Assembly (NCBI GenBank): GCA_041242255.1
Contig: JBESAV010000001.1
Location: 320,001-384,000, forward strand
Direction of reading: 5' to 3'
DNA length: 64,000 nucleotides
Source: Candidatus Altimarinota bacterium
GTDB lineage: Bacteria; Patescibacteriota; Gracilibacteria; UBA1369; GCA-2718715
Part shown: positions 30,501 to 38,097 of the stretch, piece by piece
How positions within the stretch are numbered: position 1 is the stretch's first letter
How the letters are laid out: each line of letters opens with the position of its first letter
Notes under the pieces: model-generated
What the model was told of the DNA's origin: nothing
The model's database searches: none
The model's input: the letters and a program-made list of their open reading frames with translations, nothing else
Position numbers and translations under genes: made by a program

Positions 30501-32928
30501 CAACCAATCCTCAAGCATCTCATCTCCAAGGATATTCCAACTTGAAGACCTAACCAATGAGTTAGATTTAGATTCCCTCAAAACACCTGATATAAATTTC
30601 AATTTCCAACACAATCAGGTTAGTTTCTCTTTACCATCAAATCTTCTAGATAAACCTCTCCTACTTGATACTTACAAAACAACTATTACTGATACAGAAA
30701 GCTATCAAAGGTATTTGATTGTTCCAGAAGAATTAGATCAAGACATTTCAGAAGATGAATTCGACAAGGTCATACGAGTAAATTCAAACAATTCAGTTAG
30801 CTTACCTCTCTCTAACGGTAACTATCTTGCTAGACTTTCTTTGATTACCGAAACCAGAACTCACATCCTCCAATCAAATATTGCTCTTACACCAAACACA
30901 TGTGGCGATAACATCCCACCAAACATCCAACTAAATTCAGACCAAGAAGTAGATGTTCCATTATTTAGCACTTATACCGTTGATGTCAGTCAGACTTATG
31001 ACTCAGAGTCCAGCATCAGTCAGATTTACATAGACAACAACCTTACCTCAGATTCAGACCAAGATGGTGATCCAACCAATGATAACAATCTCCAAGGTCA
31101 AGAAAACCCTGCAACTGCAATTTTCCAATTAGGTCCATTCAACCAAATCCAGACTCGCCGATACAATATCCACGCAGAAGATATAAATGGAAACACCAGC
31201 AATGTTATATTAACCATAAACGTGGTCCCACCTGGTATCACGATCACAAAAGGCCAAGACAATCAGATCAACGGTCAGCTTGATCCTATCTCAGGAAACA
31301 CACCAATTACTTTAATAAGACAAAGAAATGGTGTGCTTGCTCCTATCGCAAATCTTGCTACAGATGCCAGCGGACAATTCCAGTTCCAACCAGATAACAG
31401 CTCAACTTCAGTCGTAGTAAAAGATATCAATAATCGTGATTTATTTAGAATCAACAAAATCACAGGGACAATCCAAACTCTTGATCCATCAGCTACTCTG
31501 GAATTCACACCATGGAATCCATCTGAAGAAAACCCTTCGAATACATCAATAACTCTAAATCTTAATGATCAACCATTAACAAGAGTTCAAAAAATCTCTG
31601 ACAGTGCTATCTTACCAATTTTATCTGATCAGCCAGTTTCAGAAAGACAGCTCAATCAACTAGGTGTATACGTTCAAGATACCAACCCAAACGCTTGGTC
31701 TGCCCAGCTAACTGAAAGCCAAGTTATTATTTCTGAAACACCTCAGTCAGACCCAGCTCTAGTAGTAACCTCAGACGGCCAATTTAACCTATTGGATGAT
31801 AACCTAAGCATAGATATATCTTCAGTAGATTCTATTAATGACCTACAGACTTATGACGTTTATGGAGACAGCATTCTACAATTCTCAATATTCGTAAATC
31901 CAGCTAATGACCTACAGGTTCAGGACCCAACCGAAATCCAAACAACTTCAACTAGAACAATCAGGTATACTCCACCTCAACCAGAGTTCCAAGATCTACA
32001 AACAACAGACCCAAGTTACGACGCTATTACAAGACTTCAAGAGTTAGGAATAGTTGAAGGAGTAACTCGAAATAACCAAGTTTTCTTCGAACCAGAAAGA
32101 GAGATACTTCGTTCAGAATTCTCTAAAATCATCCTTGAGGCACTATGTCTAAGCCCATCTGCTCAGGCAAAACTATCACCTCAAGTATTCAGTGATATAC
32201 CTTTCTCCCAAAATGATCCACTATGGTATTACGATTACACCAAAGAGACTCAGCTACTTGGACTATTCAATGGTTACTTAGCCGAGCAAGATCCTCAAAC
32301 TGGTTTATATCCATTCAAGCCTGCTAATAGCATTACTCTAGCTGAAGCAACAAAAGTTATACTTGAGGCCCTTGAGTACAAATCCATCATCCAATTCGAT
32401 CTCAACCCAAATCCAAACCAACCTTGGTACACTCAATACATTCAAATAGCCCAAGACTTATCTCCATACATCACAGACCAAGCTGCATCTACTAATCAAC
32501 TCCAGAACAATCAGCTTCTTACAACTGCCGAAGCCTCAAATCCAAATCAGCTTATAACTCGTGAGGAATTTGCCATAATAGCTAGTCGAGTCTTGGATCT
32601 ATACAATTGTTATGAACTCGAAGAGCAGTCTTCACAAGATCAAAGTTCTGAGGGCCAAAGCCCTGGAGATCAAGGCAATAACAACAATCAGTCTTCACAA
32701 GACTCTGGTTCATCTCAAAATCAACAAAGCGAATCAATAGAGCTAATTTTCCCAAATCCTCAAAGACCAGGACTCTATATCGATCAAATCCCTTGTAATA
32801 GCTGTCCTTGCGCATACACAATCAGCGATGAAAATGATATAATTAGAAGAGATATAATTTTCGCCATCCTCGAAGGACCAAATGGTGAAATTTATTCCCA
32901 AAGTAATCTATTAACTATTACTCAGTGA
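21583..32928 (+). CDS. Giant (~3,750 aa) exported surface protein with C25-like motifs, Ig-like, FG-GAP/DxDxDG and DUF11-like regions and C-terminal SLH repeats; true start probably 21643-21667
   Basis: 11.3-kb uninterrupted ORF with N-terminal hydrophobic helix SIIGVLLVAMILQAFYL. SLH-like repeats FQDL...YDAITRLQELGIVEG...FEPEREILRSEF, FSDI...WYY...FKPANSITLAEA and ITREEFA. A TGCTATAAT at 21631-21639 suggests a later start than 21583. Confidence 0.85.
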   Translation: MIRRKTPICITRSFHFCYNIMILKNYHILSKFKLKKALHGLSDTYFKKSIIGVLLVAMILQAFYLDPLQVGTMNASLQATASIYSDQAPSNLVLILVEKDLFEDQDDYTNQYTENYSEVSSSSIQERIERYARDIQRSSYFQESDLDTEVTIIPVSQFQAPAEIASLLKQAYHQNLDQLEDSQLSGVVLMGEVPLPVVNKSGNLFTSLYPYTDFEDPSFVLDNQNQYFIPTQVNNPIPEVWHGVINLDSPQAISEYLDKNHLYYEGVEDFQDFDQSIFFSEPVHDASSFNQDLYSSYLTYTSVIEEFAYNRFSRKLLDFLGQNSSGFVAEAIRAGQSNQSDQIKVPDIFTRSNIEKFVTPLTDVFTVALRDQRDALLSTGRYQDSQYNSGLLGIAKLDELSSLYLKEVNQILENEIDDILDDIQQDINLVQGARLTPVLQFENQDGDIVDQQLDPIYFVNHSRQGDLLQLYLNLVPGLAQSTANLPTDEILDILFANPNSPLGQEDLIQNATLKINGTRFQDINTPAQCRLFRGGGTTNPLDKTVRTHRGLVIDRDPESPQTEVCYNPFDPDDPEETWTKVDRSPGLLNLRDNVYKCTTFAGRDLQDFHRMDEVQLDYQSPLTAQSCNGMRTTQDYLDLLKVEYARTDSEAELNQAIQELNSIPNYQDLTLATYQGQTITLGQFLSILPTYRSVQLTQNQSFDWHAFSSQILANPVRNEFSVNLQSTANPELRSLRLEVQQYQTSKNIPSLVKHADPTPGIISNAYDAINPDLPINATRYVTFMDKNGESQELVYPNLFKADSYADFLQDVSQLESALTRLSKTNQDYTGRLTNLISLPQDQYQSDQLVGANSAKVEYFTNWLTYDLNQKYEQAHSLILSKDRPFTLNNFSDSFEITHLTGNTTNSNLDFNILDFTDFDQILPPEDSLEGQHKAQTQEELIQSQQSAADDSIDLFTYFTDYLPSWYEEQQSRISQIISPEKPEISTADELFGSEDVTPDLVQVTASSVVPTTSSPLELNLTLVNQEGIKSLQSISQTVTSNLPQSTQDQLDQDPETPGVQVNYFSGESTIVFEVDQPGDYTITFPTNSYSFSIYEDPQLNIDLSQSTTQASPDSEIEVSITLQEGGQLINFPKPTLSLDTTTTRSSLVYTGDSPSGDTVHTYTLTPGTKSGQINLSTSLPAMSVAPAGTSLTVSPADPAKVKFTNSKTKINSTSTTEVEAVIVDEYDNPILQNFQNLQIQYDQTSSLQIFPQEVDFNLGKATLQFQAQPLSFGNIFFQITDGSSLQGFHQLQISSQLSLDRVGPDLNSLIFNSFTSTPQLQNEAYRSIFTDSKVQASSTLTTSLDDTLPYLYIHPSGGVLQPSPDLVSSQTTFQSGVFTTIFNDNQNQQIVELSTNLSNKILSNQAQPDQINFTSLNPNLELTETNISLQGQNLVEINPNQTIQSINEQVYLQIVDNTYYSVNLIYQGQAFANLTFQPTSSNEVTIKPNSRNPNLEYKLQTTLPSSSQPLGYKFYNPKVLLDSSQLPSSFDVRSHDSLETPQVGLVQGSKLLHLLSSGTPIGEANRPHLSEAGIVLGDPLISLPKLNNSSLSNMNFDETIGQFVSRKSDSQLVDILSLPESNKTVIAYQDGTVGLLDNETLRYLPEFLNVPNGIKSLHVANFQNNQETIVFLTDQECVQGDSCIYVFNDFTQDSKTGQTQLVSPNLSSQDGYELDRNNLSTLNRLDLNLSTKVSQILIQDMNNDDLDDLILEAEDQILYLFWNQEGQILPTPNALGHTRIPFQEEEYLLQKILINNISTPQEPTATLSIPTNPSQTTTTFQTPSGPIQSNQIQESQALDFYNLSSLASLQNSTARVRDIDGNTLESGDILEYTITLNNSSTTSYQNLKLSVPIPSNQVLTTSSLNPSSASFIQTTNQSNRKTLISGINLASQGTTIVSFRTTYQRPTTSDQSIIKVNQPEQENILPVQDGYPDLKILLPESDSITYFYSDYDSSNNVLSFRRFDQQQTPQAQNPNQTTLESVLNLPANPTNQTTDQQEQVANSLAEQTIKNDSNNDGIIDIYDGSDSLNSAGSKVENLVKDLSCGDGGCLAVPKNEAFLVPGDIPGTELPAFAWGCPPSPTGAFIPFWPPQPYQACSGGRIYISPTLTGEFAGSVCIGPHLLGVCYTFSITDLGALCDAINKKLQDVITKASDFVETSSGGAITVGGGSGQSQQSNIQIPGFPAVLTKWVTNQWKEINQKLLDPPDINIIYPDPQSVVGYVTPINSQDQRNYFFTDPYPNCNSEEDFRNNPSQCGNLSTYNDVLVAKQTAKSRAEFNSADDLQSILEEVALMPLFDINYQTVYVNYPWIEEKELTKYKTQLISLQDQIKLEIFVKGSQWGCFANTDYDSITSIQTALDNGDFLQSIASVSNQGGNVQTACIRLAAGLEGIDLNIKENLQRITEYREIPKNIVRVENFVANYADQILQYAEIILTNTLGWLTENTSALVQWEQAIHDVEAMVEELKIILNFSSDFMESCDDCRSNRTNDGIQSLITLFANLAPDLPVIEIPSWPDITLDVSEVKAGVDITLPDFEFKKDPITLPDLDLQFALPDTPDAALGLQGSGVDIDGFDLELYLDAFQVPLLPEPPNLDELEIMQDLPELPSLEIPQLPSLPKPPSIKNFSTNFTKQVEPTIKVLTRLVRIYCLISKGLVPMPESQIKDQIETMTNRPLTPVLPVDVSFQLPNDALQAQYIEEIIFKLTTQLNLEFDQIQENSQQLADQLNSFSSNITDQIEDGLEENFDFLDQGEVNLLGDDLTETIENLPETTSFSDAIHSMDQLAQSLNNQIPKEINLTATSQAFVPNKANSTLTLQEYKSHPIVAQKLSQPDTRTQFASITKPSLQTPIKSDSFQLTNSYIAQATSIQSELPTYDPEEGVYTIDEQGNVQKLIAYNTPTQSQNQVEIVDLDDDGDEDIIYSLENSLYIKQNNHVQTNQSSSISSPRIFQLEDLTNELDLDSLKTPDINFNFQHNQVSFSLPSNLLDKPLLLDTYKTTITDTESYQRYLIVPEELDQDISEDEFDKVIRVNSNNSVSLPLSNGNYLARLSLITETRTHILQSNIALTPNTCGDNIPPNIQLNSDQEVDVPLFSTYTVDVSQTYDSESSISQIYIDNNLTSDSDQDGDPTNDNNLQGQENPATAIFQLGPFNQIQTRRYNIHAEDINGNTSNVILTINVVPPGITITKGQDNQINGQLDPISGNTPITLIRQRNGVLAPIANLATDASGQFQFQPDNSSTSVVVKDINNRDLFRINKITGTIQTLDPSATLEFTPWNPSEENPSNTSITLNLNDQPLTRVQKISDSAILPILSDQPVSERQLNQLGVYVQDTNPNAWSAQLTESQVIISETPQSDPALVVTSDGQFNLLDDNLSIDISSVDSINDLQTYDVYGDSILQFSIFVNPANDLQVQDPTEIQTTSTRTIRYTPPQPEFQDLQTTDPSYDAITRLQELGIVEGVTRNNQVFFEPEREILRSEFSKIILEALCLSPSAQAKLSPQVFSDIPFSQNDPLWYYDYTKETQLLGLFNGYLAEQDPQTGLYPFKPANSITLAEATKVILEALEYKSIIQFDLNPNPNQPWYTQYIQIAQDLSPYITDQAASTNQLQNNQLLTTAEASNPNQLITREEFAIIASRVLDLYNCYELEEQSSQDQSSEGQSPGDQGNNNNQSSQDSGSSQNQQSESIELIFPNPQRPGLYIDQIPCNSCPCAYTISDENDIIRRDIIFAILEGPNGEIYSQSNLLTITQ

Positions 32929-33482
32929 TCAAAAAACACCTCCACAAATATAGTAGGGAAGTAAGTCTGGTGATTTTGACACTTTTCTTAAGTCTAACCA
33001 TCCTACCAAGACTAACACATTCCCAAGAGCAAGTATCCTGCCCTGACTTCACAGTGCAACAGATCAACCAAGCTAAGCAAACCTTTTACGACAACCTTCA
33101 AAATTTAGTTTCCGATTCTACCCCAGCTTCAACCAATTTAAATCTTATCTTTGAAGATTATCGTAATTTTCTTAGCCGTGCCTCGCTCTTTGTGCAGGAT
33201 AATTCTACAAATATAAATGATTCCGGAAACGTCCTTTCAGGCCCAGAAGCACAAAAGTGCAAGGAGATCCTTCAAGTTGAAAAGCAGACAGTCCAGACAA
33301 CTCTCAATAACACCCTCAAAGCCAGTATCTATGGAAAACAAAGTTTCAATCTATCTGAAAAATATTCTCAAATAAATCAACAATTCAATGACCTAAACAC
33401 AGAAACAAATCAAGTTACTCAAAAAGTAAAATCATTTAGCCAACAATTACCTTGTTATTCTCGCGCATGCGTACAAGACTAA
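32925..33482 (+). CDS. Secreted alpha-helical hypothetical protein
   Basis: Signal-like N-terminus and coiled coil, ending LPCYSRACVQD. GTGA overlap with the giant gene. Confidence 0.75.
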   Translation: MIKKHLHKYSREVSLVILTLFLSLTILPRLTHSQEQVSCPDFTVQQINQAKQTFYDNLQNLVSDSTPASTNLNLIFEDYRNFLSRASLFVQDNSTNINDSGNVLSGPEAQKCKEILQVEKQTVQTTLNNTLKASIYGKQSFNLSEKYSQINQQFNDLNTETNQVTQKVKSFSQQLPCYSRACVQD

Positions 33483-34093
33483 AGCAAGCCATCGGATTTA
33501 TCATTTTTTCAATTGCACTTACCCTGCTAAGTCTCAACGTATACGCTCAAAGCCAAACTGACCCAGTAGTTAATGCTTTCGCCAATTTTCATTTTCAAAA
33601 CAACCAACTCCTCCAAAGCAAAACCCAACAACTCTTCGATTACTTCCAAGACTCAGAAGATACACTTCCTGAAGATTTCACCAATAAGTTCTCGCCACCT
33701 TTAGCTTTAGATTCCGAGTCATGTGCCGACAATCTATCTTCTAGTTGCCTAAACTACCTTTTTGAGGAAAACCTCAATCAACTCATACCACAGGTTCAAT
33801 CTTCACTAAACTTCGTTGAGGTGTCTAACCTTTCCAATATATCTGATTCCCAAGCCAGACAGTCCAGAGCTAGATTCCAGTTTATTCAAGATCAATTTGA
33901 TGCCTCACTAGATACAGTTGAGTCTTCTCTAAATTTTTATCAACAGCTTCTTCAAGCCTACCCAATGCATTTATCTTATGAATCAACAAAAGACGAACTA
34001 GATATTCTTATTTCAAATCTACAAGAACTTGAATCTTACGTAGATCAATATCCATCTAAATACAACAATGTTACAACACCTTACTGTCAGTAA
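33467..34093 (+). CDS. Secreted alpha-helical hypothetical protein
   Basis: Signal peptide ending VYA|Q, a Cys pair, and a TPYCQ C-terminus. The ATG at 33467 is preferred over the TTG at 33452. Confidence 0.75.
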   Translation: MRTRLKQAIGFIIFSIALTLLSLNVYAQSQTDPVVNAFANFHFQNNQLLQSKTQQLFDYFQDSEDTLPEDFTNKFSPPLALDSESCADNLSSSCLNYLFEENLNQLIPQVQSSLNFVEVSNLSNISDSQARQSRARFQFIQDQFDASLDTVESSLNFYQQLLQAYPMHLSYESTKDELDILISNLQELESYVDQYPSKYNNVTTPYCQ

Positions 34094-35759
34094 GTTTATG
34101 ATATTTCTATCATTATTATTTTTTTTCCAGCAGTCACCACTGCCAGATTTTTTGTTGCAACAAACCAAAGCTCAGTTTCAGTCCTCTTACCAAGAAAGTT
34201 TAGATGAAGCCATTCACAATCTCCTTCAGGAGCAGGATCAACCATCACATAAAAGCCAGTTCTTATCTAATCTAGACATCTCATCTCCAGAGAAATTACC
34301 TACCCAAAACCTATACTTAAGAATCCTTAACAGCTTTACCAAAGAGCTAAAGCCATCCATCTACGAGGGTGTAAGTATAGTATCTAATCTAACTCCAGCT
34401 GAAGTTGAATCGATCCTTGAGTACAACAACCTAGCTCCAATTCAAAATCAATCAAATCTCTCACAGGTCCAAGATACCTTCAATAATATCCAAGAATTGT
34501 ACCTTCAAGAAAAAGATTTCTTTACTCAGTTAGCTAAGGTAAGACAGCAAGCAGTAATATATGAAATATTCTCAGACAACAATTCCCAAAACTCAGGGTT
34601 TGATTTAATGACTGACTTGAGCCAAATCGAGCAAAAACTTTTCTCTCAATCTTCAAACTCATCCATAAACTACCAAACTCCAGGAAGGTCAAACTTTTGG
34701 AGTAATTTTAACTCTCAACCATACATCTCCAACTTTTCTCCAGTTAACCTAACTACCTTTTCAAACTTTTCTTCCAATCAGAACAACAGCACGCCAACAA
34801 CCAATTCTCCAACCCCAACCTCAAACCAACCTAGTAGCCCAGGAAATCCGACCCAAGTTACTTTAGAACCAATCCCTGAATATCAATTTCCAACCATTCA
34901 GTACGGGGCAGTCTGTCAGTTTGATTCAAACCTTCAACAAGAGTTAGAAATTTACCAAACCAATAACTCAACTGAAGCATTAGAACAAGACAGCATTAAT
35001 TCACAAACCCCAACCTCAAACTTCTCAATCAACTCTGAAACAGATAGTCAAAGCTCAAATCAAACTCCATCTCAACAAATAGCAAATTACCAATCATCAG
35101 ATTTCAGCCTACCCTTCACTGGAATAAGCCAGTCTTGTCCCCCAGATCAAATATTCTGTTTCACCAGAGAGCTCAGATACAATCAGGTCGACCTTAAATA
35201 TCCAGCTCAGGAAGATTGTGTTTCTTGTCTCATAAACAGGCTAAATCAAGATCTACAAAATCTACTAGATAATGGTGTCCTACCTCAGAAAATCACTGGT
35301 AACTTCGGAGAACCAGCTCTTTGTAAAAAAGCCTCAGTTGGTAAAATAGGGTTAAATCTAAACATATTCAGCAAACCAATCTTACCTGAAGTTCCAACTC
35401 CAGATTACATAACTGACCTGGATCCTTATCAAACCCAAGATAATTCAATCAACCAAAACTCTGTATCAAATAGTGGTTTCTCCATCAAAAACGATACACA
35501 AACCAACAGAGACCTAAATCTTCTAGCTCAATCAAATGCACAACAATTCATTGATCAATTTGATCAAAACCTAAACAGATCCTACTCATCTAACAGCCAG
35601 GTAAATCAATCTATTCAAAACCAAGAAATTCATTTCCAAGAGCTAACTAGTCAAATGAACACCCTAAACCTTTACTTAGAATCATTCAACACCTCTTTAG
35701 ACCAACTAGATCAAAACTTTACTGAACTCATTAACCTACCAGAATGCTCAGAACTATAA
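34068..35759 (+). CDS. Secreted hypothetical protein with S/T/N/P linkers and a Cys-rich central domain
   Basis: Hydrophobic N-terminus, CPPDQIFC, CVSC and LCKK, ending LPECSEL. Confidence 0.75.
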   Translation: MLQHLTVSKFMIFLSLLFFFQQSPLPDFLLQQTKAQFQSSYQESLDEAIHNLLQEQDQPSHKSQFLSNLDISSPEKLPTQNLYLRILNSFTKELKPSIYEGVSIVSNLTPAEVESILEYNNLAPIQNQSNLSQVQDTFNNIQELYLQEKDFFTQLAKVRQQAVIYEIFSDNNSQNSGFDLMTDLSQIEQKLFSQSSNSSINYQTPGRSNFWSNFNSQPYISNFSPVNLTTFSNFSSNQNNSTPTTNSPTPTSNQPSSPGNPTQVTLEPIPEYQFPTIQYGAVCQFDSNLQQELEIYQTNNSTEALEQDSINSQTPTSNFSINSETDSQSSNQTPSQQIANYQSSDFSLPFTGISQSCPPDQIFCFTRELRYNQVDLKYPAQEDCVSCLINRLNQDLQNLLDNGVLPQKITGNFGEPALCKKASVGKIGLNLNIFSKPILPEVPTPDYITDLDPYQTQDNSINQNSVSNSGFSIKNDTQTNRDLNLLAQSNAQQFIDQFDQNLNRSYSSNSQVNQSIQNQEIHFQELTSQMNTLNLYLESFNTSLDQLDQNFTELINLPECSEL

Positions 35760-36898
35760 AAAACACATTCATCATCAGCCTTTTGGTATTCCTATCTGTT
35801 TCTCCAGTTACCAATGCTCAGTCAACCAGCTTTGAAGACAAAGCCACAAACTTAGGACAGTATTTATTACTTCAATTTGACGCAACAGATATTCTGGAAG
35901 ATTTCAAAACTGACCTTCTCCTTAATGAAAATTCATGTAAGCAAATTGATAAATTCCAAGTCCTTTCAGCCCAAAGTGATTTAGCTGATAGACTCCTGCT
36001 TGATTTTGAAACATTAAACGAGCAAGAAAGGCAGAGTATTATCAATAACTATCAAACCCTAGAGATTGAATACCAATTCCTCAACAACATAAGTAGCCTA
36101 ATCCAAAATGGATTCCAAGACGGCCAACCTCAGCATATCCGTCAGATTAAACAAGATTTACCACAAGACCTAAGACCTCAAGTAGACTCAATTTACAACT
36201 CCTTAGCTGTTAAGTATGAACCTCGCATTCAAAAACCAGATCCAGATAATCCTGATGAATTTATAGAAGGTGATTATCTCAACTGTCCAACTAGTTGGTC
36301 TTCACTTAAAGAAAGAGCTCAAAACCTCCAACTAGAGGTTCAACAAATCTCCGAAGAATGGGAGTCACTCAAACAAGCATTCCAAAATCTTAAAAAGTCA
36401 TCAGCCGATGCTGTAAGCCCGGCTAATTTAAAAAGCATATTTGTAGACAAACCAATCAACTCCATCTCAAACAGTGTCCAAGCAACAATTCAAAACCTAA
36501 AATCAGAAATCCAAAGAAATCAAAAAGAGTTTAACTCCATAAGCACCAATCCAATTCAAACTTATCAAAAAGTACTCCAAGAAAACGAAACCCTGCTCAC
36601 CAATAGAGCAGATATTGCGGGCTTACTACTAGGTAATTCAGACATAACTCAAGTAACCCAGGAGTTAAGTGAAAAGTCTCAGCTTCGTCAGTTATTTCAA
36701 TCAAAAATCGAACAACATGCTATCAACCAAATCACCGCCCAACATTTCGACTTAGGTATCCAAAACACACTCAACATAGCTTATCAAACTCCTCTCTTGG
36801 TTTCATACAACAAAGAAGTTTTCACTGAAACCAATCAAGAAGGTCTTCTTAATCTCTCAAAGCAGGTCTACGACCGTCAGTGTGTGGTCAATCCTTAA
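35744..36898 (+). CDS. Secreted alpha-helical hypothetical protein
   Basis: Signal peptide ending TNA|Q and coiled coils, ending DRQCVVNP. Confidence 0.75.
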   Translation: MLRTIKNTFIISLLVFLSVSPVTNAQSTSFEDKATNLGQYLLLQFDATDILEDFKTDLLLNENSCKQIDKFQVLSAQSDLADRLLLDFETLNEQERQSIINNYQTLEIEYQFLNNISSLIQNGFQDGQPQHIRQIKQDLPQDLRPQVDSIYNSLAVKYEPRIQKPDPDNPDEFIEGDYLNCPTSWSSLKERAQNLQLEVQQISEEWESLKQAFQNLKKSSADAVSPANLKSIFVDKPINSISNSVQATIQNLKSEIQRNQKEFNSISTNPIQTYQKVLQENETLLTNRADIAGLLLGNSDITQVTQELSEKSQLRQLFQSKIEQHAINQITAQHFDLGIQNTLNIAYQTPLLVSYNKEVFTETNQEGLLNLSKQVYDRQCVVNP

Positions 36899-37613
36899 AG
36901 TAGTTCCCAATCAAGTCAGCCATCAATACAACAATCTCAGCCACCACACTGCTCAAAGGTAAAAGAGCTAAGTAAGCAAACCTCCAGATATCAGATCCTC
37001 CCTGGTACAAATTAAAGCTAAATAAAAGCCAAAATATAGAACCAACAAATACCCCAAGTAAAGTCGCTTGAAGCCTGTTTGCATGTTCAGCCTCCCGAAT
37101 ACTCGAAGCAATCAATCCAGAAAAAAGCACGAATATAGAAGAGCTCCAAAACAAATATTCTCCTCCCAAAGATAATGAATAAATCATAGCTGGTAGAAAC
37201 AAAGCTAGCATCAAGATCTGCCAAACAAAGTTTTTTACAGTTTTACCCAGTACAAATTTATAAGATTCTTTCTCGATAATTTTCACAAAATAATTCTGAA
37301 TGCTTTGCCCTATAAATAAACTCAAGCCACACAATAAAGTAAACACAGTCACAGTAGTAACCTCAAGATCACTAAATGCACTACCTCCAAACAAAGCTTC
37401 AACTCCAAACCAACTCGCCAGAACAAGCCCTATGGTTATCAATGAGCTCAAAAGGGAAGTTATAAACCTATTTAGGTAAACAAAGTAAACACTTGAATCA
37501 TCTTCATCTTTTTCAACTACTTTCTCTTCAGTAACAGCTTTTTCAGTAATCGTATTGGTAGTTTCTTCATTTGACTCATTCTGCGTTTCAGTTTTTTGAA
37601 CTTCTTCATTCAT
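36888..37613 (-). CDS. Hypothetical polytopic membrane protein
   Basis: Acidic N-terminus followed by about six hydrophobic helices, immediately downstream of lspA. Confidence 0.75.
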   Translation of the reverse strand: MNEEVQKTETQNESNEETTNTITEKAVTEEKVVEKDEDDSSVYFVYLNRFITSLLSSLITIGLVLASWFGVEALFGGSAFSDLEVTTVTVFTLLCGLSLFIGQSIQNYFVKIIEKESYKFVLGKTVKNFVWQILMLALFLPAMIYSLSLGGEYLFWSSSIFVLFSGLIASSIREAEHANRLQATLLGVFVGSIFWLLFSFNLYQGGSDIWRFAYLALLPLSSVVAEIVVLMADLIGNYFKD

Positions 37614-37616
37614 GGT

Positions 37617-38021
37617 TTAGTGTTTAGTTTTATTAGGTAATTTTAAGAAAATGTATATAAAGTATATCGCTATGCTAGTAAGATATACATCTGCAAAGTT
37701 GAAAACTGGCCAAGAACCTACATGTATAAAATCAACCACTTCTCCAAATGCCAATCTATCAATAAGGTTACCAAGTATTCCGGCTGCAAACACCGCTAAA
37801 GTCCAGTCTGGCTTGATATTACCAGCCTTTCTCTCATAAAAAATATAAAAAAGACATACAAAAGATATAATAATCGGAAGCAGTAAAGGTAAGTCTATAC
37901 TAAATGCAACACCGTCATTATAGACCACATACTCTGGCCAAAAATATTTGAAAGCAAACTTAGAAATTTGGTCAATAATAGTTAATCCTATCATTAGACC
38001 AATCCACAAATTTTTCTTCAT
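37617..38021 (-). CDS. lspA: Lipoprotein signal peptidase II
   Basis: IDQISK, NDGVAFS, GNLIDR, VVDFI and PVFNFAD motifs. Confidence 0.95.
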   Translation of the reverse strand: MKKNLWIGLMIGLTIIDQISKFAFKYFWPEYVVYNDGVAFSIDLPLLLPIIISFVCLFYIFYERKAGNIKPDWTLAVFAAGILGNLIDRLAFGEVVDFIHVGSWPVFNFADVYLTSIAIYFIYIFLKLPNKTKH

Positions 38022-38097
38022 TAAGTCTTTATTATTCTGCTAACCCAACTATACTAGAAAAGTCAGAAAAGAACACTAAAATATTTAATAAGTCCAA

